The notes under the pieces are model-generated. The model saw nothing but the letters and a program-made list of their open reading frames with translations, searched no databases and had not been told where the DNA came from. This document shows, piece after piece, positions 54,801-64,000 of a DNA stretch of 64,000 nucleotides. The position numbers were made by a program, and so were the translations under genes. The DNA is from Lepidodermella squamata (Eukaryota > Animalia > Gastrotricha), in NCBI GenBank assembly GCA_047495785.1, contig JBLDXI010000017.1:62001-126000 (forward strand), read 5' to 3'. Numbering within the stretch: the first letter of the stretch is position 1; every line of letters starts with the position of its first letter.

Positions 54801-57800
54801 TTCGCCTTTGCTTGCTCTACGATTTATAACACATTGCGCAACTCGGACTATTCGGACACTTTCGCAAAAATTATCATAAAAAAAGCCCAGGTGGCTCATG
54901 AGACCACAAAAAACGCCAAAAGTGAAGCTGAGTCAGAGACGGAGATAAAGCCAGTGTACTGGAAATTGCAGTACTTTGGGAAACGATACGAAAGACAGGC
55001 GAGAAGAATCGCTGCCAATTTGTCCAACAACATCAAAACACCTGTCAAGATCATATGGACCACACAGAAGGTGTCGCAAATGTTTGTAAGACCACGTTTT
55101 TGGCAAGACAGCTGCCGCACAAAACTCACCTGTTATGGGTGCATCTTCGATCTCAAATACAGGCATGACGCGCGTTTCGTTGTGTACAGACTAGATTGCA
55201 TGTTGTGTAAGAGTTTCTACGTCGGTATGACGGGTAGGACCATTTGCAAACGCCTCAGTGAGCACTATGGTGCCTGCAAAAATCACGACGATAGTTACGC
55301 GATGTCTATACATGTGGAACAAGTACACAAAGAACAACGCTATTCATATCCTCGAACTAGGAAATACTCTCTATTCTTCAAACCCTCTATCTTAGCTAAA
55401 AGCAACTTCATGGAAGTGAAGTCTTGCGAAGCTTACTATATTAAAAAGCTGAATCCTGACCTGAACAACTTACTAGCTTGTTGAGTTTGCTGATGCCTTT
55501 TTCATCTTGTTGATTGTTTTTAGATACTGCTTGACGATGGCCACTTTGTGGCCGAAACGTCGCACGAATAAATATATGTAACACCTTATGAAATAAATGA
55601 CTCGAAACTGCAAAAATATCCTGCTAAAATATTGTGTTTAAATACACCGGGTCTATAATGCAATACGATTCGATACCAACATCTATCGGTTCGGTATTCA
55701 GTACCACAATCCTATTCTGCGTTTCAGTATTAGGCCGAAAATTAATTATCATCATTTTCTGGATTGATTCATTTATCAGAAATCCAAGTTAATGAACAGA
55801 TTAACATCAAAACTGCGGAAAAAAATGTGCAAATAAAATTGAAAAAGCTTATTTGGGCGAAATGATTAGTCAGTACCTGTTAATTTCCGCGCAAAGTAAG
55901 ACCCTTCAATGAAATATACTTAGGGTAGGGCCCGAATTGAAGGCTAAGTGAAAAGATCGACGGTCGACCAAATGAATAAAGGGCAGAGCCGAAATTTAAA
56001 AGATAATTTATAGCAGATAATTTCGCATATCGACAATCCTTCTTTTAGCATTGCAATTAATAAAAAATCAGCAGCGAAAGTGTTCGTATTTAACTTCTGA
56101 TGAATTTTAGTTCTGAAATTAAATGCATTCTAATAATGGATTTTTAGGACCTTGTGAAATCGCAGGTGAAAGAAGCGGAATTCAGTATTTAAACGCAATA
56201 ATGTGAGGAAAATGCTCATTCGAGGAAATTTAGGCCAGTTACAGGCCTTAAATGCCGATTCAAGCCGGAAATGTATCATTTCACCGGCCTGAGCTATTGA
56301 CCCCAGCCGTGCCTGAAAACTGAAAGCTAGCGATGAAAATCATCGAATTGCTGAGGTGAAAATCGGCAGTGTAATTTTAATCAGCCTACCAAAGCATTGA
56401 TACGCGCGATTAAGCATCAGAATATCGTAGTGCGATAGGCGATCTAAGCTGCTGATGAACATCAGGTGGCGCAAATCAAGAGGTTCAATGGTAGCGTCAT
56501 CGCCAACACGGCGGTTATTGTCCGATAACAGAGTGTCGTAGTCGTAGGGTGTGCCATATATTGGCATGTTCGCAACTATATCGTAACTAAAGCCGGACAA
56601 TATTTAACTGACAATCGACCGCAAATGAATCAATTACCCATAAGCAGAAATATCGCCATTAAATTTGACGTAAGCATCGCGCTCAGGTCTTCGGAAGCCC
56701 CACCTGAACCCCATAATGTACATCATCGCTTGCACTATCCATTCGGGCTGGGCCAGAAAATAATTTCAAAGATGACGAATTATTAATCTAATGATAAGTA
56801 CTTACGTAAAACGATAGCCCTTTGTAAATGCTGGCGTCCACCTCGGGCAGGCTCATACACAGGGTATTCGGGTATAAGTTCATATAATCAGCGAGGTGAA
56901 ACCAGTTACGATTGCTGTAAACGAAAACGTTGCGAAAGAATTCACGCAAATTCAAGCTGATGTACCTACCCATACTGCCCCAATATGACGTATCCAGGTT
57001 CACCCAGCGTGAAGTTGTCCTTTGTCTGGATTTCGAACTGCAAACACGTCTGGCTCGAGAACTGTTGCATTACTTGCTGGAAGACGTTGCGTGCCGTAGG
57101 ACCTGTCTAAAACGGATTAAATAGCAAGTGTGAAAGTTAATTCTTACAATAACCGATTTGAGTGCGCAAACAGGCGTTAATCGCGTAATTTTCTCAAAAC
57201 CTCGAAAAGCCGCTAATTTTAAAGATGTCAAAATATTCGCCACTGATGGCTACAAGAAAACTCCTGACTTTGAAGTATACCCATAACGATTAATTATAAT
57301 TTTAATTGAATCTAATTTCGGAGGTGTAAACAAGCAGAAGAGGCTGTGAAAGCCAGGCATGTACAGTATCAAAAAGCGGAGAATACCAAAGAAGATTACA
57401 ACAAGGTCCAGCATTGGAAAAAGACTTTCATATAAATCTATCTATGATATTATCTGGGTACTCAACGCTGCTGCCCTTCGCCTGAACGGCGTGCCGCGAG
57501 GTTCGCCCCTTTCACCCCTGCGCTTCGATGATACTAACGATCTCCTCTGCCGACCATTTGACGGTGTTCAGCACCGGCGATACGTTCCCAGAAGCCGAGA
57601 TGCACGCTCAGGCGGAGGTGGCTCGCGTCGCTGCTTGGGCCCGTATGTGGCGGCGGCAATTAAACGTCACCAAGAGTAGTGAGGTTGTCGCATTCTCCCG
57701 TCGCCCCCAAGTTGAGCTGGAAGCCCCATAACGACCACGTGCTCAATCGCTGTGGGAAAAATCTGTTGTGATTCCGCTCCGTTGTTAGCCGGTCCGGGCA

Positions 57801-58950
57801 GGCTTCCCGTTGGCGCCGTACCGCTTACCTGGCGCTCGGCCGTTCTGTTACCACTTTCGGCTTTGTTTCCTTCGCGCGTGCTGCGAAGACACAGCTCCGC
57901 CACCTCCGCCTGAGCGTGCATCTCGGCTTCTGGGAACGTATCGCCGGTGCTGAACACCGTCAAATGGTCGGCATAGGAGATCGTTAGTATCATTAAAGAG
58001 CAGGGGTGAATGTGTTTCAGTTCGTCATTGAAATCGAAATACGAGCTCGTTGTGTGAATTCTCGGTGTTGGATAAGGTGCTAGTAGAACCAGCATAATCA
58101 GCATAACACCAGCATAATAAGCAAGTGTCTATTCAAGGCGTTGATTTTTTTATGTGACTAGCGCCATGCCGGTTATGCTGGTTCTACTAGCACCTTATCC
58201 AACACCGAGAATTCACACAACGAGATCGTATTTCGATTTCAATGACGAACGTCCTGGTCCTTGAACGTCCTTGAAATTCATGTGAAACATGTTAAAAACC
58301 CGAAAGAGCCAGTTAAACGCGGTAGACCTCGTAAGTCGACCCTGTTAATACGGCGCACTGAAAGGCACAAAATTGCGGATCTAGAGTGCTGAAATAACGG
58401 CCAGAGATCGGGATGAATGGCAACTAGCATGTAATAGCATCGAAAACTATGAATTTTTGGGTAAAAGCAGGTTGTTCGCGACCGGCCTCTGAAGCCGTTC
58501 GCTTCCGTCCCCTAAACCCTCACTTGTAGGGCACTTTTTTCCATCTAATTAACATCACAATGCCTAAAAGGAGGACGTGAAATAAAACACAGTCTCTGGT
58601 CACTTGTTCATCATCTGCTTGTTCATTTATATAATTTTAAAATTCGTTTAAAATTTGATTTTGTGACGCTTTTGAATAAACCCGAGATTTAATTTTCCGA
58701 AACTCCTCAGTTGCGTAATCTTACCAGCGATTGACCTTCCAATTGCTTTGGAAAACCCGCCGTCCCACTTCTCATCATCGGGAATGTAAATCTTGGTTGG
58801 CGACCCTGGGAAGGGCCCAACGCCCCGAAGCAAGGGCAGATCTTCCCCACCAGCAATCTCAGCCGGGCCCGGCAAACGTTGGTTGGCTACCGGGGGCTGA
58901 GCGATCGCCAGCAAAGCAACACAGCTGATAATTATCAGCAATTGAAGCAT
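51888..58950 (-). CDS. Catalytically inactive astacin-like protein with EGF, CUB and kringle-like modules
   Basis: Signal peptide at 58950; astacin-like IVQAMMYIMGFRWGFRRPERDAYV and YGTPYDY; EGF CHNGGFPDP..CRCPPGFGSDLC; CUB CGG..ITSPNYPGQY..CSW; kringle-like YEG..CLPW..NACRN. Over 10 exons; 3' end approximate. Confidence 0.8.
53930..55572 (+). mobile_element. 5'-truncated Penelope-like retroelement (RT + GIY-YIG), antisense in an astacin intron
   Basis: Uninterrupted 500-codon ORF: RPVVS, LVSFDVSSLFTTIP, GVPMG, RRMVDDVF, then VVYRLDCMLCKSFYVGMTGR..RLSEH; 3' hammerhead and AATAAA. Confidence 0.93.
55528..55564 (+). ncRNA. Minimal type I hammerhead ribozyme at the Penelope 3' end
   Basis: TGC-TTGACGA-T-GGCCAC/TTT/GTGGCC-GAA-ACGT-C-GCA: stem I TGC/GCA, 6-bp stem II, palindromic stem III, GTC cleavage triplet; C3 is T. 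Confidence 0.8.
57480..57995. mobile_element. Decayed non-LTR (LINE) reverse-transcriptase fragment with an inverted duplicate
   Basis: NGVPRGSPLSP and [SY]ADHL..W...LNVTKS motifs (degenerate GVPQGS and YADD); 57528-57622 is repeated inverted at 57899-57993. Confidence 0.75.
58020..58250. repeat. Near-perfect ~78-bp inverted repeat
   Basis: 58020-58098 is the reverse complement of ~58173-58250 with about one mismatch. Confidence 0.85.
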
Positions 58951-59297
58951 TTCACTGCTGCAAAATTTAAAAAATACCTAAATTTAGCATTTAAAAAAAA
59001 CATTAGAATCATTATTTTCTTATAAAACATCGGTTGAGCTGCCTTTCCTTATTGGGAGCGAACTTGAATTATTTTTTCCTGATTTTCTGGGAATTTTAAA
59101 GAATTCCGCGTAGAAAAAACAAAATGCAAAACCGCCGACTCTGTGGTGGATTCAATCCTGAACCTTTTTAGACACTTGCGACGCACACGCACGTGGCGTA
59201 GTTGGAATGTGTCCAGAATAGGGTCAGTGTTGAAAAATCAATGCAAAATACCATTATCGGAGATGTGCAAAATTTCCAGAAAAGTTTGCTCCGAGTA

Positions 59298-60223
59298 GAG
59301 CACCCCGCCCTAATTTCGGCCGCTTTTCAGGTTTATCCTACTTTGCCAGCCAGGTGAATTTTTAGAAAATATTCGACAAAAGCAGAATTAAAGAGGCGTT
59401 CTTAGGCTATCGAATGCCGCTTTCCACAAGTCCGGACGATTTTGCCTTGATTTATGGCTATTTTTTTAGTCACCCAGACACCCGGCCGGGATTTTAGGAC
59501 GCGGGGTGCCCTAATTTCGGCCACCTCATCCAGGTACACTAATACCATAAGTTTGGTATCGTTAGATTTGTCTCAAAAAGCTGACTATAAAAACCGCCTT
59601 TGTTGCTCCACCTATGAACTTTTCCTTGACGACGTGATGCCTGAAACTCAAACTTTTTTGAGAGGTACAAGTTTGATAACTTGTTTTCTACCCAATAGCC
59701 TAACTGCGTTTGACTCACTAAAATTCTGGAAAAATATCTAAAAAATTCCTTTGCTTCTGTAGAATGAGAGTATCGATTTTGTTTTCCCGAATTCAATTCC
59801 ACTATTGACTGCTAAATTTTGGAATCGAACCCTCGAAAACCCTAAAATTGGCCCACTCGATCTCTTCACCTGGGCGGTTTTGGATAGAATATTATTTTAT
59901 ACCAAAATGAAGCTGGCGTTTAGCTGGTAATTACTGAGGTGAAAGCAGTAAATTTTAAAGAGCCAGTTTAATGTAAATTATACCTGCAAAGTAGCGGTAA
60001 CAGAGCACTCAAGAAGCTCGCTCGCATTTAGAATTATTTTTTTGCGATCACGTGCTTGAAAAATCATGAAACGGATGGGCGATGGGCTCAACAATGCAAA
60101 TTTCTTGAATTGCGTGCAAATAAAACTGCTGCACAGCACGTCGTGTCCAAATTTCGGCTGGTGGCCGAAGTTAGGACGCAGCGGCCGAATTTAGGAAGCG
60201 GCCGAAATTAGGGCGGGGTCCTC
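59298..60223. mobile_element. ~0.93-kb non-autonomous TIR element upstream of the astacin-like gene
   Basis: TIRs GAGCACCCCGCCCTAATTTCGGCCGCT / AGCGGCCGAAATTAGGGCGGGGTCCTC with internal subrepeats. Confidence 0.75.
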
Positions 60224-60896
60224 AATGGAAAGGTGGCTCTTGGTGTGAAGAATCTAATTTCCTCGAAAACTAGTTCAATTTACGTTTTTCGAAACAGTTG
60301 TCATGATTTATTTCCGAATTATTTGAACTAAAGCTTTGTAGGAAATTCCACTAATTCTTTAAATTAAATCTACCGAGAGAATATTCTATCTATATCTTTT
60401 ACCCAGCCGGACCACATTTCTCCGGACAAGTTAACAAATTACTACAAACTGGATTACTATTCTCGTGATTTTTTGAATTTTTCTAAAATTCTTCTGAGAT
60501 GTCATGAGATGTGATTTCGTGTCACATTTTAGAGTTTCTTAACCCTTATCAGTGTATTTTCTTTGCTTGCGTTACCTATGGGACACGCTGTGTAGTATAA
60601 AACGAGTCTGTAAAACGAGACAAAGGACTAATAAACAAACTTTCATCGTCCATTAATCCTAAAATCATAAGTCTAAAATTAATAATGGAATGGTCTGACG
60701 ATATGCAATACTTGATCTAAATGTGAAATGTGCATATGAATCGAAAGTGATGTTTTCTCGCGAAATCGCCCATACACCTGTCGAAAGTTTTACCCAGAAG
60801 AAGAAAAACTAGACTAATTATAGATTTTTGTCTTTAGCATTCATCTTAAAAATTAACTGAATTTCAAATATGATCTCATTTTTTAAATCATTTTAC

Positions 60897-60939
60897 CTGA
60901 AGATGGTATAGAAAATAACCGAAACGTCGCACGAATAAA
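60897..60939 (+). ncRNA. Second, solo Penelope-type hammerhead motif (probably degenerate)
   Basis: CTGAAGA-TGGT..ACC-GAAACGTCGCACGAATAAA; last 21 nt identical to the Penelope 3' end; stem I does not pair. Confidence 0.6.
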
Positions 60940-61008
60940 CTTTTTAATCTTCGTTAAAAAGATGAGATACAACTTAAGTATTATAAAAAATTCTTTACTT
61001 GAGTCATG

Positions 61009-61205
61009 CAGGGTTGTCATCGAAGGAAAAGTGTAAATTTGCAATTTTCGTTACGCAACAATGAACGGCCCGATAAGAGCAAAATTTTACCCGGCGGTAG
61101 CCATACCTAAGAGCTACCTGTGGTAGAAAAATGGGACCGGCAGGATCACCCATTCAAATGTTTTCAAGACTCAAGGTTTGCACTTTTCTTTCGATCACAA
61201 CCCTG
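61009..61205. mobile_element. Small MITE with CAGGG termini
   Basis: CAGGGTTGTCATCGAAGGAAAAGTG / CACTTTTCTTTCGATCACAACCCTG; no clear target duplication. Confidence 0.7.
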
Positions 61206-62079
61206 ATATCATCGAATTTGAAATAAAATATGCCGCGAATTGCATTAATTCCATTAATTAGGATACCCTCAGCCTCCAGGCCATGAATTATAGAAAGTTT
61301 GAACTATCCCAGATTTATCAAATGAATTCATGGATGAAGATACAAGATGAAGATAAATAGAAAGAAAAGGCCAATTTTACCCTAAAAATAGGCGAATAGA
61401 CGAAATGGGTGCGAGCCCGCCCTTTTGAACCCTGTGTGCGCATAGGAAAAAAATTGACCTCGGCAAACTTCGGTGGTAAAAACTCCACTTTTTATTGAAG
61501 AAACGATTGATTGATCGTTGAGAAAATAAAATTAACGATTATTTTCAACGGTGTTGGCGGCAGTTTAACCAGTTGTAAATTTTATCGCTTTGTTTTTCTG
61601 CCTTATGAGCCCTGGACGTGTGCTGCCAGCTCACAATGGGTGCGTTTCTTTATCTCAATTTTATTTCATTTTTTAAAATAAAATGAAAATAAAATGGTCG
61701 TTTCATTGATATTCATCGTTTATAAATTTTTTGTGTTTTCACGTTTCTTTTCGTCATTTTATTTTATAAAATGGCGCAAATAAAGCACGCGTTTCATCGA
61801 AAAAATCCATTTTTTTAGCTCAAGGAAAAACAGGGGGTAGAGCCGTTTTGGTCTTATTTTACACTTGTATTCTGAGGCTTTTCTGCGGAAAAACGTCCAT
61901 TTTTATATCGTCTTATATAGAATTGCGCTCGTAGAAGAGTTCAGCGGAACTAGGTTCGACAACGTCACTTCTCTATGGCAATGTTTGAGCAGTGATACTT
62001 CAGCAACTGCCACTATAGCAGTTGTGTTATTCAGCAATACAACTATAGAGCCCAAGTCATTTCAGTTGAGGTTTTTTAA

Positions 62080-62345
62080 GCTAACGATATCTGCTCAGTG
62101 CGTAGTGCGACATGTCAACCACGACATTCGCGCTAACGACATTTGAGCTGACTATAAATTAATTATTAATTTAAGTGTTGAATCTTGGCTATACGAGCGG
62201 AGCGAGCATGCCCAGCTCCACCTCTATAGCTTTTTGAAGGTCCATTGTATTTGAATAATAATAAAAATAATTAACATAAATTTAGCTGATTTGTCGAGTG
62301 GCTAAGTTGTCGCTTCGCTCAGCTCAGTTCGCGCAAATATCTTAG
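62080..62345. repeat. Third copy of the CGAGCGGAGCGAGCATG-core repeat family
   Basis: Colinear with 51075-51365. Confidence 0.7.
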
Positions 62346-62378
62346 AGCCTTTAATTCGACGAATGTGGAAAACTTCTA

Positions 62379-63454
62379 CTGCCCAAATATATTATTACAA
62401 ATCTTTTGCGAAAGTGGCAGTTGCTGAAGTGTCGCCTGCTCAATCGGCAATGCTGAGGTGAAGTCGTTGAACTACGTTCTACTGAACTTTCCTAAAACCT
62501 ATAATGTTTCGATGGGACGAATTTGAGATCGGCGCTTCCCCGGACGCTCTCATGCTCCTATGGGCTTAGGGCAATCACGTTCATACGTTCAAACTACGCT
62601 CAAAACATTCATTTTTTTCATTTCTTTATCAGTGCGTAGTTTATAAACAGCACGTGTCGTTTCATTCACATTTTCTTTTCCAAAATCATGAAAAAAATGT
62701 GATAAAGAAATGACGTTTTATTTTATAAAATAAAATGGAAAAAATCGAATAAAGAAATGATATTTATTTTAATTTTAAAATTTAAAATGGTAAAGAAATG
62801 TCAGTGTTTAATTTTAATTTTAAAATAAAAAATAGCTTGTGATAAAGAAACGCACCCAATATTGTACGTGTTCGATCGCGCGAGTGATTGGCGGCAAAAT
62901 GAAAGTTGTTTTCAGCGTCGCTGGTTTCGCCCTTCTCGCGCGCGACCATTTGAAGTCATGTGACTTTAAAGTATTCGTAATATTGGGTGCATTTCTTTAT
63001 TACAAGCCATTTTTAATTTAAAATAAAAATTAAACACTGACATTTCTTTATCATTTTAAATTTCAAAATTAAAATAAATATCATTTTTATTCGATTTTTT
63101 CCATTTTATTTTATAAAATAAAACGTAATTTCTTTATCACATTTTTTCATGATTTTGGAAAAGAAAATGTGAATGAAACGACACGTGCTGTTTATAAACT
63201 ACGCACTGATAAAGAAATGAAAAAATGTTTTGAGCGTAGTTTGAACGTATGAACGTGATTGCCATAAGCCCATAGGAGCATGAGAGCGTCCGGGGAAGCG
63301 CCGATCTCAAATTCGTCCCATCGAAACATTATAGGTTGTAGGAAAGTTCAGTAGAACGTAATTCAAGGACTTCAACTCAGCATTGCCGATTGAGTAGGCG
63401 ACACTTCAGCAACTGCCACTTCCGCATAAGATTTGTAATGATATATTTGGGCAG
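62379..63454. repeat. 1.08-kb foldback with ~485-bp near-identical inverted arms
   Basis: 62379-~62865 is the reverse complement of ~62977-63454 with few mismatches; ~110-bp spacer. Confidence 0.92.
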
Positions 63455-64000
63455 GGCTCACCACCAAGCGTCACAGGAATACACCGCTTGCAGCAGCGAT
63501 TACGCAACGCAAATAATGCGCATGCAGCGTGAGTGCACAAGGTGGCGCACGCGCGCTTGACTTGCAACATAAATATTTTAAACGCAACCGTATTCAACCA
63601 AAGTGCAGCAGGAATTAACCAACCCGAAACACGATTTTTACAATTTTGTAACAGGCATTTGAACCGCTTAAAAAACATTTTGGCTGGCAATATTTGCTAC
63701 CGCCATGGTTTTCATTAACGATTTTCAGACTTTTCATCAAAAAATTGCCGTCAGCTAAAAGCTCGCTTCGCTCGCATCTATGTAGTTTGGGCTTAATTTG
63801 GGTCAATGAAAAATATCCCCTCTCCCCTCCAACTATTAAGAGAAGTGTTTTGGTGCTTCGCACGCGACCGCTAAATTCAAAAATCCCCCAAAAAATCTTT
63901 AACCTTCGAAACAGCAACAAGTCATTTTACGGGACAGCCGGGGGTGCTGATGTAGTGGTTATTTATATTGATGTCGAAATAAAGGTGGCCGTCGACGACA

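Noticed and set aside
63935-63965. tRNA-like A-box (TGTAGTGGTT)
   Set aside because: No B-box or cloverleaf visible.

Overview
Genomic DNA from an invertebrate animal: spliceosomal GT-AG introns mostly 50-60 nt, metazoan gene families; the lineage cannot be fixed from sequence alone. All exon structures below were inferred by hand. The left ~29 kb is a dense cluster of mostly intronless, lineage-expanded signalling and defence genes: a partial Venus-flytrap (VFT) receptor, an ankyrin protein, three divergent Cys-loop channels, a head-to-head pair of MACPF proteins with GPI-like tails, four tandem GABA-B-like class C GPCRs lacking a C-terminal tail (two sit tail-to-tail with SOCS-box genes, one is interrupted by a TA-flanked TIR transposon), and two small Cys-ring protein genes. 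From 29 to 49 kb are housekeeping genes: a tightly packed same-strand CRLS1-DUSP12-MTR run (with a PB1/zinc-finger gene nested antisense in MTR), then PPP4R4 and a C2H2 zinc-finger gene. The AT-rich right ~15 kb holds a catalytically dead astacin-EGF-CUB-kringle gene, a 5'-truncated Penelope element with a hammerhead ribozyme, a rearranged LINE fragment, MITEs and a 1.08-kb foldback. Strongest leads: the repeated tailless-GPCR/SOCS-box module, a transposon that could splice out in frame, the operon-like CRLS1-DUSP12-MTR run, the paired GPI-MACPF genes, and two pseudoenzymes.
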